The translations under genes were made by a program, and so were the position numbers. The notes under the pieces were generated by a model. It was not told where the DNA came from. It was given only the letters and a program-made list of their open reading frames with translations, and searched no databases. This document shows, piece after piece, positions 9,440 to 18,235 of a stretch of 64,000 bases of DNA. Position 1 is the first letter of the stretch. The number at the start of each line of letters is the position of its first letter. The stretch spans positions 248,001 through 312,000 of IMG/VR virus record IMGVR_UViG_3300037502_003770; one strand, written 5' to 3'.

Positions 9440-9631
9440 CTAAAGTTTATAATATTTTATATTTTGTAAATCAAATATTAGTTTAGATTTAAAAATATTA
9501 TAATAAGATTTATCATCAATAAAATTTAATAAATTTATAGTAAATTTTATAATTGTAGAACTACCATGTACTAGACGTTCACAATAAAATTTATAATTAT
9601 CAAACATTACTCTAATATTAATATTTTCCAT
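9440..9631 (-). CDS. Small array-family protein (start revised to internal Met)
   Basis: Met13 of the called ORF gives MENINIRVMFDNYKFYCE...IKYYKL and reduces the overlap with the ATP-grasp gene. Confidence 0.6.
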   Translation of the reverse strand: MENINIRVMFDNYKFYCERLVHGSSTIIKFTINLLNFIDDKSYYNIFKSKLIFDLQNIKYYKL

Positions 9632-10400
9632 CAATAACTTGTTTAAATCTTTTATAATAGTTTTCAAAAAAATTCATATTATCAAAACCATAAGTACCTG
9701 TACCAAAAATATCATTTATTTCAATTAAAGATGTTTTACCATTTTTAAGTACTGCAAAATCTAATGTATATAATTCAGGAGTTTTATTATAAGTAATATT
9801 ACTAAAATCTTGAATACATTCCATAACTAATTTTTTATCAAGAAAATAATTATTATCATTTAATGTATCACCAAGATATAATTTAACTGATAAAATTTCA
9901 TTCTTATGAATCCATAATCTATATTCTGATAATATATCAATATGTGTTGAATATAAAAACGGTACTGAAGATTCGATATTACTATCAACTAGTAAATTAA
10001 ATTGTCTTTCATTTTCAATAAATGAACCATTAAATAATTTAGTCATGTTTAAAGGTTTTACAAAAATACCTTCATTATGTTCTTTGATTAATTTATCAAA
10101 ACTGTTTATATTTCCAAGAATTAATTTTCTTTCAAAAAACTTCTCATTCATATAAATCATTTGATTTGTTAAAGAATAAGTTTCTTCAATATTATAATAT
10201 TCTTTAAGTTTTTGAAAACAATATTCAACGCTACCAGAAAAAATATCACCTTCTTGAAAGGAAGATTCATCTGTTGTGTATTCAATATTTGTTTTGTTCC
10301 ACCAATTATATTTTTTAATTGAGGAAATTAAATCAAAAGTATGTTGATAGAGCGGTAATCCGTCTTCATCTTTTTGATATATAAGTTTAATATTTTTCAT
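9618..10400 (-). CDS. ATP-grasp domain protein (R2K/DUF4343-like)
   Basis: IFVKP..TKLFNG, SEYRLWI and YTLDFAV....TSLIEIND..G.YG motifs. Confidence 0.8.
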   Translation of the reverse strand: MKNIKLIYQKDEDGLPLYQHTFDLISSIKKYNWWNKTNIEYTTDESSFQEGDIFSGSVEYCFQKLKEYYNIEETYSLTNQMIYMNEKFFERKLILGNINSFDKLIKEHNEGIFVKPLNMTKLFNGSFIENERQFNLLVDSNIESSVPFLYSTHIDILSEYRLWIHKNEILSVKLYLGDTLNDNNYFLDKKLVMECIQDFSNITYNKTPELYTLDFAVLKNGKTSLIEINDIFGTGTYGFDNMNFFENYYKRFKQVIDGKY

Positions 10401-10608
10401 TAAATATATTAGGATTAAGTTTTAGTTGTAAATTAAACAACCTCCACATATCATATTCTTCATAATAATTATATTCGGACCAAATATGTGAAATAGTACC
10501 ATCAGTAAAATAAAAATCTAATTTTAACGGTAAAAATCTACCTTCTAATTTAATTGTAAAATCTATTTCTGAATAAGTGATGTGATTTGTTTTAATTATT
10601 ATATTCAT
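10387..10608 (-). CDS. Small array-family protein
   Basis: MNIIIKTNHITYSE. Confidence 0.7.
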   Translation of the reverse strand: MNIIIKTNHITYSEIDFTIKLEGRFLPLKLDFYFTDGTISHIWSEYNYYEEYDMWRLFNLQLKLNPNIFNEKY

Positions 10609-10883
10609 TAGAAACTGTTTTTATTATAAAAATTACAAGTATGAAAATTTTTAGAACTAAATATTAGTACAATATCATTAAATATATCCATATATATAAA
10701 CATTGTATTATATTTATAAAGAAAATCATTATCTTTAATATTAAATCCTATACAAGTAAGAAATTTACCATACGAAGTACTATAACTTTCAAGATAATTT
10801 ACAGATTCTTCATATAGTATATTATTAATTGTAATTTGTAAAATAATATATCTACCTGTTTTTTTATTAAAAATACCAGCCAT
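10608..10883 (-). CDS. Small array-family protein (motif offset by about 11 aa)
   Basis: MAGIFNKKTGRY-IILQITINNILYEE...CNFYNKNSF. Confidence 0.65.
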   Translation of the reverse strand: MAGIFNKKTGRYIILQITINNILYEESVNYLESYSTSYGKFLTCIGFNIKDNDFLYKYNTMFIYMDIFNDIVLIFSSKNFHTCNFYNKNSF

Positions 10884-10895
10884 AAAAAAATTTTA

Positions 10896-11165
10896 TTAAG
10901 TTAGTTGATTATAGTTGTAGTAATAATTATTTCCGTAATCTAAATAATAGTAAAATTGATTAAATCTAATAATTATATCTAATTCAATATATTCTCTATT
11001 TTTATCAATAGTTTTATTATTAAGATTATAAATATGATTATTATGATAATAATCAGATGGAAAAGTAAATAATTCTTTATAAAAGTCGATTTTATAAAGA
11101 AAGAAATAAGAATCTACTAATTCTTTATATTCAAAAAAATCATTTGCTATATATAAGTTATTCAT
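10896..11165 (-). CDS. Small array-family protein
   Basis: MNNLYIANDFFEYKE...NNYYYNYNQLT. Confidence 0.65.
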   Translation of the reverse strand: MNNLYIANDFFEYKELVDSYFFLYKIDFYKELFTFPSDYYHNNHIYNLNNKTIDKNREYIELDIIIRFNQFYYYLDYGNNYYYNYNQLT

Positions 11166-11382
11166 AATATTTAAATTTTAAAATTTTATAACCAAAAGTA
11201 CTAATATTAAGAATATCATGATTATCTGATATAGTTGAATTATCTATATCAAATGCTAATCTATTTTTATATTGTAAATCATTTACTGATAATAAAATAC
11301 CAGCATGTATAAATCTATTAAAAATTATACCTGTAGTTTCCTTATAAAGAAAGTTATCAGATAGTTTAATTATTATTTCCAT
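11158..11382 (-). CDS. Small array-family protein
   Basis: MEIIIKLSDNFLYKE...FKYYE. Confidence 0.7.
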   Translation of the reverse strand: MEIIIKLSDNFLYKETTGIIFNRFIHAGILLSVNDLQYKNRLAFDIDNSTISDNHDILNISTFGYKILKFKYYE

Positions 11383-11639
11383 AAAAAATCAATTTTATCT
11401 TTAAAAGTAACATATTCAGAATTGTAATAATCATAAGATTTATGCTGTGTAATTAAATAATTATATTCATAAATAAAATTATGTTCATTTAAAATATTAC
11501 AAGTAATACCCTTATCAACACATTCAATAAAATTAAAATTGAAATATTCTTGTACTTCATACTTATTTAAGTAAACAAGATTAAAAGAATCACGTCTTTC
11601 AACATAGTTTATTTTATTTAAATAAAGTTTTATTTCCAT
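11373..11639 (-). CDS. Small array-family protein
   Basis: MEIKLYLNKINYVE. Confidence 0.7.
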   Translation of the reverse strand: MEIKLYLNKINYVERRDSFNLVYLNKYEVQEYFNFNFIECVDKGITCNILNEHNFIYEYNYLITQHKSYDYYNSEYVTFKDKIDFLWK

Positions 11640-11647
11640 AAAATATT

Positions 11648-11836
11648 TTAGTTATAATAATTAAACTTTTCATAATCGAATAAATCAAATTTTATACAAT
11701 TATAAGACCTTGATTTAAATACGAACTTTTCGGTGGTATCAAATGATAATAAGTATATTATTTTGTAATGTAAAAAAATACCAATACTTGAATTTTCAGT
11801 ATAATTGATTTCTAAAAGTTCAATTGAAATTAACAT
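11648..11836 (-). CDS. Small array-family protein
   Basis: MLISIELLEINYTE...FNYYN. Confidence 0.7.
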   Translation of the reverse strand: MLISIELLEINYTENSSIGIFLHYKIIYLLSFDTTEKFVFKSRSYNCIKFDLFDYEKFNYYN

Positions 11837-12081
11837 AATTGATAAAAATTAAATTGAATATCTTTACGACCATCATAATCACCATCTTTAATTACAGAAT
11901 CAATATAAGATTGAATATAATAAGATTGATTAAAACTATTATAATCAAAAACAAAAATATATTCTTCTGTGATAATAGACCTTGATATTTTAAAAGATAA
12001 ATAAAGTCGAGATTCTATTCTATATTTAGAACAACGTTCAATATATTCATAATTATTTGTTTTTATATCTATTTCTAACAT
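11830..12081 (-). CDS. Small array-family protein
   Basis: MLEIDIKTNNYEYIE...FNFYQLC. Confidence 0.7.
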   Translation of the reverse strand: MLEIDIKTNNYEYIERCSKYRIESRLYLSFKISRSIITEEYIFVFDYNSFNQSYYIQSYIDSVIKDGDYDGRKDIQFNFYQLC

Positions 12082-12082
12082 A

Positions 12083-13927
12083 TTACTTTTTATAAATTTC
12101 TTTAAATTTATTAATTACTTCAGCAAGTACACTACTATTAGAATTATCTATATAATCAATATTATCTACAACTTTGTTAATAACTTTAAGTTTATTATTA
12201 ATAATTTCATAAATTGTCTCATCAATTGTTTCACTAAACAAAAATATAAATACATTTGTATGTTCTTTTTGTCCAGACCTATGTATTCTAGCATAACATT
12301 GTTCATTTTCGGCAGGAACATAGCTTTGTGATAACATAAACATATTCTTTGCTTTAGTTAAAGTAATACCTGCGTTACCAGCCCCAACTGTTAATAATAA
12401 ATTTTGTATAGTATTATTATCTCCTTGAAAAATATCAACAATATCTTGTCTTGTATCGGACTTTATATCACCAGTATATAATTCACTATTATTAAGAATG
12501 GTTTTAAGTTCTTTTAATGAAGATTTATAACAATCAAATATTAAAACTTTTTCATTTTCTTCATTTAAACGTTCAATATATTCTACTAAATATTTAGATT
12601 TTAATTTTGATGTATATTGTCTTAATTCGGTTAAGATTGTTAACGGTGTTTTTTGTTTTTCATTTAAAGAAATATTCATATTACCATTTTTATCTTCTTT
12701 ATAATCACTTAAATTATCCCAATTAGCATCTTTAAATCCACTTTCTATTCTTTTATATTCAGCTTCTTCTGAAGGTGTTAATTCTAAATAAATCTTATTT
12801 ATTGTTAAAGGAGGTAATTCTTTAAGAACATCTTCTTTTTTTACACGAAACATTATCTTTGATAATTTTTCATATATCATATCAAATTTAATATTATCAT
12901 TTATTTGTACGTATGTATTAATCTTATTATTAAAGAACATACCACAATATTCAGTATAGAATTTATTTTTACTTTTAAATTCTATCGGTCTTAATAATTT
13001 AAGTAAATTATATAATTCTTGTACTCTATTTGGAACTGGAGTACCTGTTAATAACATAAGATTTGTATTACTTAAAGATTTCTTAAAACTTTTAGTAAAA
13101 TTCTTAAACATTTGTGTTTTAGAATTCTTTAATTTATGTGCTTCATCAAAAATAATACTATCAACATTAGATAAACCTAAACTTGTTATTTTTTTATTAA
13201 CATCAAAATTTCTTGAAAAATACTCATAGTTAGTAATAATATATTTACTTTCTTCTAAAGAATAACAATTTAACTTAGATTTTGAATTTAAAACAAAAGC
13301 TTTTGAATTTGTAAAGTGATGTATTTCTTTAAGCCAATTAAGTTTTAAAGAACTAGGTACTATAACTAAAACTTTTTTACTTTGATTGATTTCTGATGCT
13401 AATATAGCTAATAATGTTTTACCAGTACCTAAATCGGCAGCTATTAAACTATTTTTTAAATGATTAGCAAATAATGCACCTTTTATTTGGTGATTATATG
13501 GTTTCACACCTTCTTTTAAATATTTAGAATAATCAAACTTTTCCGAAACTTCATCTAATGATTGTAAAAACGTATTTAGATTAGAATCTATTGTTGCAAT
13601 AATTTCTTTGTTTTTATCTTCCTTAATTTTTTTTCTCTTATAGAAATCTAATTTTGAAGAAAAAACTTCTTTATCTTCACTATTTACAAAAGAAAAAAAT
13701 ATATCTTTCCTTGATTTATATTCAGATATTAAACAATATAAATTATATCCGTTAAGATGCCAAGTCTTATCAGAAGGGTTATATTTTTTATCATCAAGTT
13801 TTTTTATATTAAAAACAAGCTCTTCATTATAAAATGACTTTAATGAAAAGGTCTTTTTATCCGAAAGGAGAGTTATGTTTACTTTAAAAATTTCAGTTGC
13901 CGTATGTATATTTGTATTTTCAAACAT
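12083..13927 (-). CDS. SNF2-family ATPase/helicase with a HARP-like N-terminus
   Basis: AADLGTGKT (Walker A), FDEAH, LTGTP..N, GITLT, QCYARIHRSGQ; N-terminal KYNPSDKTW. Confidence 0.92.
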   Translation of the reverse strand: MFENTNIHTATEIFKVNITLLSDKKTFSLKSFYNEELVFNIKKLDDKKYNPSDKTWHLNGYNLYCLISEYKSRKDIFFSFVNSEDKEVFSSKLDFYKRKKIKEDKNKEIIATIDSNLNTFLQSLDEVSEKFDYSKYLKEGVKPYNHQIKGALFANHLKNSLIAADLGTGKTLLAILASEINQSKKVLVIVPSSLKLNWLKEIHHFTNSKAFVLNSKSKLNCYSLEESKYIITNYEYFSRNFDVNKKITSLGLSNVDSIIFDEAHKLKNSKTQMFKNFTKSFKKSLSNTNLMLLTGTPVPNRVQELYNLLKLLRPIEFKSKNKFYTEYCGMFFNNKINTYVQINDNIKFDMIYEKLSKIMFRVKKEDVLKELPPLTINKIYLELTPSEEAEYKRIESGFKDANWDNLSDYKEDKNGNMNISLNEKQKTPLTILTELRQYTSKLKSKYLVEYIERLNEENEKVLIFDCYKSSLKELKTILNNSELYTGDIKSDTRQDIVDIFQGDNNTIQNLLLTVGAGNAGITLTKAKNMFMLSQSYVPAENEQCYARIHRSGQKEHTNVFIFLFSETIDETIYEIINNKLKVINKVVDNIDYIDNSNSSVLAEVINKFKEIYKK

Positions 13928-14037
13928 ATAAATATAGATTGTTAATGTGGTATATATTTTTATAATTCTTTTTTGTTAAAAAATTTTAACATTTTAAATA
14001 TTAAGTTTTACTAGCAGTAAATTAAGAAGAAAATAGT

Positions 14038-15033
14038 ATGATTAAGCCGATTAGGGTTAAAAATATTGAAAGAGCGGTTATATATGAACATAGAAGAATA
14101 CTCTATGTTCCGTTACAACTTGCACATACTATTTTAAATACTGGTGTAGCCGAACTAAACATGTTCCGTTGTTATTTAGGTTTATCTTTTTATAGTTCAG
14201 GAAATATTAAATATACTAATGAATTATTAGAAAAAGTAGCCGAAACAACCGCTATGGATAAAAAATCAGTTAGAAATCATATCAAAACTTTATTAGATAA
14301 AAAATATATTGGTTTTAATCCTAAGACCAATACTATTTTTGTTAATGGTTTAGATAAATTAAGAAAAATGTTTAATATTTCTTCAAGAAAAGCATTTCTT
14401 CTTAATATAGAGGATATTTTTGATAAAAACCGATTTAAAGCTCTAATATTTTCTTCTTTTTCAGAAAACACTCTTTCTTTTCAAAAAAGAGTTAAATCTG
14501 AAAAGTTCATTAAAGAACAAATCCTGTCGTCAGCACTGGATTCAAAAAAAGACGTTGAATCTTATATAAAGCATCTTAACCTTTCAAAACCATCTTTAAG
14601 AAAAAGATATATTAAATCAATTTTAAACAGTACAAATGTATTTACCGAAGGGCGAGAACTTATACAGCGTGTTCCTGAAAATCCTAAAAATAAATATGTA
14701 GAAAATGTTGAGAGTTATTTAGGTATATCTTGTTCAATTTATTCAGATAATTTTAAACGTAGTAAATCTTGGGCTTCCAAGATGAAAAAAAAATCTGTTG
14801 ATTATAACTTTACAAGTTATCAACATATGTATAAACCTGTATTTCAAGTATGGGAAAAGAATATTGAATTTACAAGAAAAGCTATTCTTGAATTTGATGA
14901 TGTTAAATTTAATAGATATGCCGTTCATAGAGTAGGAAACAGACTTATGGTTTGTGAACAACTATATGATAGTATTGTTATTAATAAAGAATCTATTAAG
15001 TTAGTTAATAGAAAGCCATTCTCTAAGATATAA
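14038..15033 (+). CDS. Basic winged-HTH DNA-binding protein, possible replication initiator
   Basis: HTH-like LEKVAETTAMDKKSVRNHIKTLLDKKYI and a second HTH-like ISCSIYSDNFKRSKSWASKMKK; followed by a structured 200-bp intergenic region. Confidence 0.5.
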   Translation: MIKPIRVKNIERAVIYEHRRILYVPLQLAHTILNTGVAELNMFRCYLGLSFYSSGNIKYTNELLEKVAETTAMDKKSVRNHIKTLLDKKYIGFNPKTNTIFVNGLDKLRKMFNISSRKAFLLNIEDIFDKNRFKALIFSSFSENTLSFQKRVKSEKFIKEQILSSALDSKKDVESYIKHLNLSKPSLRKRYIKSILNSTNVFTEGRELIQRVPENPKNKYVENVESYLGISCSIYSDNFKRSKSWASKMKKKSVDYNFTSYQHMYKPVFQVWEKNIEFTRKAILEFDDVKFNRYAVHRVGNRLMVCEQLYDSIVINKESIKLVNRKPFSKI

Positions 15034-15233
15034 AACTTTTGGGAAAATACGGAAACCATACTATACAGCGTAGCTGTATATAATATATAGACTGCAAGTC
15101 TAACCGATAGGAAAGAGAAAAAGAATATTTACTAAGAATAGCTGTCTTTTAAGAATAATTATATATATTCTATAGTAGAAATCTATTTATTATAAAATAA
15201 CTATTTATTAAAGAATAGATTATTTATACAGTA
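15034..15233. other. Structured intergenic region, candidate replication origin, with late promoters
   Basis: Hairpins TATACAGC-GTA-GCTGTATA (15062-15080), TAGACT-GCA-AGTCTA (15088-15102) and TTCTA-TAG-TAGAA (15168-15180); AAGAATA four times; CTATTTAT at 15183 and 15201. Confidence 0.45.
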
Positions 15234-17927
15234 ATGGGACTACTAAAGGACAGTACTAAACTTAGAGAACAGCTTTTATCTAAAAATTTATATAATTATA
15301 AAGATGCTTATGATTTATCAAGGGATGAGTTTACTTCTATTCTTAATAAATCTTTAAGTTTAGGTATAGAGTTAAGAAGGAATCTTTTTATTGACACAAT
15401 AGAAAGACTTTCAGATAACACTTCTTTAGTAAACATAGGTTATCAACAATTAGCTAAATCTTTACAAAATAGAATAGCTGATAGGTTTTTATCTAATAAT
15501 TTAGAAGTTACTCCAACAACTATTTCTTTTAAAGGTAAAAGTTCTTTTAAAAGTAAAGATTTTAAAATAACCCCTTATGTTAATCAGAATGTATCTGAAG
15601 TATTTATAAATGAATTTCTAGGATATAATTCTGATGATAATTTACCTAGACTTACTTTAGAAAATGATTTATTTAATAATTTAGGGGATTTTCAAAAAAG
15701 AACGCTTATTAGTAATATTTCTAAGAATAGATTTTATAATCCAATATTTGATTCTTCTATAACAGAAAAACCTAAACAAAAAGAAAACTTTGTTTATTCT
15801 AATAGATATTTATCTCAAGATAATACGACTTACCAAAGTAACATAGAACCTAATTTAAATATAGATATTCAAAAACCTTCTGATACAGTATTACAAGTAT
15901 TAGATAATTATGATATTGAATTTGATATGGGTTTTGGTAACACTAAAAAACCTTATTTAAATAATTTATCTGATGAAGAAAAATATTTATACTATAGTAA
16001 TTTATCTGATGATGATTTAAATAATAAATTTAACATTAAAAGAGGATTATTGTATTATACAAATAAAATTATTACAGATAAAAGTATTGATAATAAAATA
16101 TCTAAAACCTTAGATGCTCTAAATATAGAGTATGGTGTTGATGAAAATACTGGTAATAGAGTATATAGAGGTGCTTCTGAATGTAGGTCTTTTACAATTG
16201 CCGACCAATATGATAGATTTGAAAGATTAATAAGAAGCAATGGTAATGATAATTCAAAAAGCGTATTAAGAGATTCACCTTCACCTAAAATATTTTTTAA
16301 GAATAGTGATTCTTTGGATGAAAAGAAAAGAGTTTCTTTTTCAATAGAAAATCTAGCTGTTAATAAAAAGGGTATTCCTGATTGTGAGATTGGTCCTAAT
16401 GGTGGTAGATTACTTTGGTTTGTTCCTTATGATTTAAAGATTTCGGATAATAATAGTATTAACTGGGAAAGTAAAGATATTGTTGGTAGAATAGAAAAAT
16501 TATATTCTTATACCAATACAGAAAGAAGACTTTCTTTAACATTTAAATTATTAATGGATTTTCCTCCTCAATTTAAAGAGTATTTTGAACAAGATACTAC
16601 TAATTATACTAATTTAGTTTCTTATATACAAGGTTGTTTAAATACAAATAATAATTCAACTCCACAGGTAAATCAAACACAAGTTATAACCACACCTACT
16701 ATTAATCAACCTAAAACTAAAATACCTTCTATTACAGTAAAACCAATAGTTTATTTTGATAATGATATTGATATAATTGATAGTAGTTACGAATTTACAA
16801 ATTTAAATAAAGAATATGATAAAGATATTGATTTATTAGTTGAAAAATTAATAGAAAATATAAATGTTAATAGAAAAAAAATACAGATAAAAATATTGGG
16901 TCAAGCTAGTTCATTATATTTAAGTGATTATAATGCAGCCTTATCATTTAGAAGGTCTAAAGCTATTATGTTAGATATAATAGAAAGATATAATAATTCT
17001 CAATTAGATAAATCAATATTACCAAATATTGTTTTAGAAAACTTTAACCCTAATGAAAGATTTAATTATATTAAAAAAGAAGATGTTTTAAGAGGTGTAA
17101 ATAATTTAATAAATGAATCAAAGGGATATGTTAAATTTTTATTAGGTGGTTTTGGTGAAGAACCTTCTAATAGTACACAGGTAATTCCTGTAGATGCTAC
17201 TGATTTTGAGAAAAATAAAATTATTAACGATATTAAAGCTAAAAAAGAAAGAAATTCAAGAGTTACTGATGTTGAATTTATTGGTGATATAAATATTTCA
17301 GATAATACAACAACTTCAAGTAATATTACTCAAAATACTGATTCTACTGTTACTTTAGGAAATGATAATAATATAAATATAGTTAATATTCCTTGCGATG
17401 ATGATTATTTAGATTTTCAAGCTAGAAATATAACTGATAGAATAAAAAGTTCTTTTGATAATTTTAAATATCTTACACCTATATTTCATTCTCAAACTCC
17501 TTATGATTTTGTTAAAAGATATTTATTTTTACAACAATTAACTAGACCAGGTTCTACTGAGGATAGAATTAATCAAATTGGAGGAAATTCAGTTTTTGGT
17601 AAAATGCCTGTTATTGTAATAAAATTATATGATTTTATTTATTCAAAAGCTATTTGTAATAGTATAAACTTTTCATTTGATGATGCTACATGGGATTTTA
17701 ATCCTGAAGGTATGGGTGCTATTCCAATGAGTTGTACTGTAACAATGGATATGGTTTTAATTGGTGGTCAATCATTATCAGGACCAATTGATAAAATACA
17801 AACAGCAGATGATTTTAATTTCTTATCAACTTCAACTTTTGAAAGTAATTATTATCAATCATATTCTATTGATAAAGCTAAACAACAGGAAATAAATCAG
17901 GAAAAATTAAATCAAAATAAAAAATAA
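15234..17927 (+). CDS. Baseplate/tail-tube-initiator-like protein with an inserted OmpA-like domain
   Basis: PYDLKISDNNSINWESKDIVGRIEKLYSYTNTERRLSLTF and C-terminal PMSCTVTMDM tube-like halves. OmpA-like motifs VYFDND, GQAS, YNAALSFRRS, GFGEEP, RNSRV lie between them. Confidence 0.7.
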   Translation: MGLLKDSTKLREQLLSKNLYNYKDAYDLSRDEFTSILNKSLSLGIELRRNLFIDTIERLSDNTSLVNIGYQQLAKSLQNRIADRFLSNNLEVTPTTISFKGKSSFKSKDFKITPYVNQNVSEVFINEFLGYNSDDNLPRLTLENDLFNNLGDFQKRTLISNISKNRFYNPIFDSSITEKPKQKENFVYSNRYLSQDNTTYQSNIEPNLNIDIQKPSDTVLQVLDNYDIEFDMGFGNTKKPYLNNLSDEEKYLYYSNLSDDDLNNKFNIKRGLLYYTNKIITDKSIDNKISKTLDALNIEYGVDENTGNRVYRGASECRSFTIADQYDRFERLIRSNGNDNSKSVLRDSPSPKIFFKNSDSLDEKKRVSFSIENLAVNKKGIPDCEIGPNGGRLLWFVPYDLKISDNNSINWESKDIVGRIEKLYSYTNTERRLSLTFKLLMDFPPQFKEYFEQDTTNYTNLVSYIQGCLNTNNNSTPQVNQTQVITTPTINQPKTKIPSITVKPIVYFDNDIDIIDSSYEFTNLNKEYDKDIDLLVEKLIENINVNRKKIQIKILGQASSLYLSDYNAALSFRRSKAIMLDIIERYNNSQLDKSILPNIVLENFNPNERFNYIKKEDVLRGVNNLINESKGYVKFLLGGFGEEPSNSTQVIPVDATDFEKNKIINDIKAKKERNSRVTDVEFIGDINISDNTTTSSNITQNTDSTVTLGNDNNINIVNIPCDDDYLDFQARNITDRIKSSFDNFKYLTPIFHSQTPYDFVKRYLFLQQLTRPGSTEDRINQIGGNSVFGKMPVIVIKLYDFIYSKAICNSINFSFDDATWDFNPEGMGAIPMSCTVTMDMVLIGGQSLSGPIDKIQTADDFNFLSTSTFESNYYQSYSIDKAKQQEINQEKLNQNKK

Positions 17928-17928
17928 T

Positions 17929-18228
17929 ATGAGTTTAAATAGATATATAAATATAAGTAAAGAACCTTTAATAGATTTTATTAAAATTCCTGTATTACCA
18001 ACTGATGAATATATACAATATAAAGTAGGTGTTACTGTTTTTGATAATTTATCTTTTGAATATTATGGTAATAGTGAATACTCATATTTAATAAAAAACG
18101 CTAATCCTCAAAAAATATTTGAATTTGATTTTGAAAATGGTGATATAATAAGAATACCTTTACCATTACAGTCAGCTATTGATAGATATAACATTTCTAA
18201 AAATAAACTATATACTTTAAATAATTAA
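17929..18228 (+). CDS. LysM-like baseplate wedge protein (gp53/tail X-like)
   Basis: FDNLSFEYYGNSEYSYLIKNANP...GDIIRIP. Confidence 0.75.
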   Translation: MSLNRYINISKEPLIDFIKIPVLPTDEYIQYKVGVTVFDNLSFEYYGNSEYSYLIKNANPQKIFEFDFENGDIIRIPLPLQSAIDRYNISKNKLYTLNN

Positions 18229-18235
18229 AAATTAT

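Noticed and set aside
6118-12081. Short ORFs as fragments of long genes under stop-codon reassignment
   Set aside because: Each unit restarts with its own conserved Met-leader, frames change between units, most stops are TAA, and long conserved genes (nrdA, nrdB, SNF2) are intact in the standard code.
6118-12081. CRISPR array, integron cassette array or DGR
   Set aside because: There is no constant DNA repeat across units, no attC-like palindromes in the gaps (12 nt or less), and no cas, integrase or reverse transcriptase gene in the window. Conservation is mainly at the protein level.
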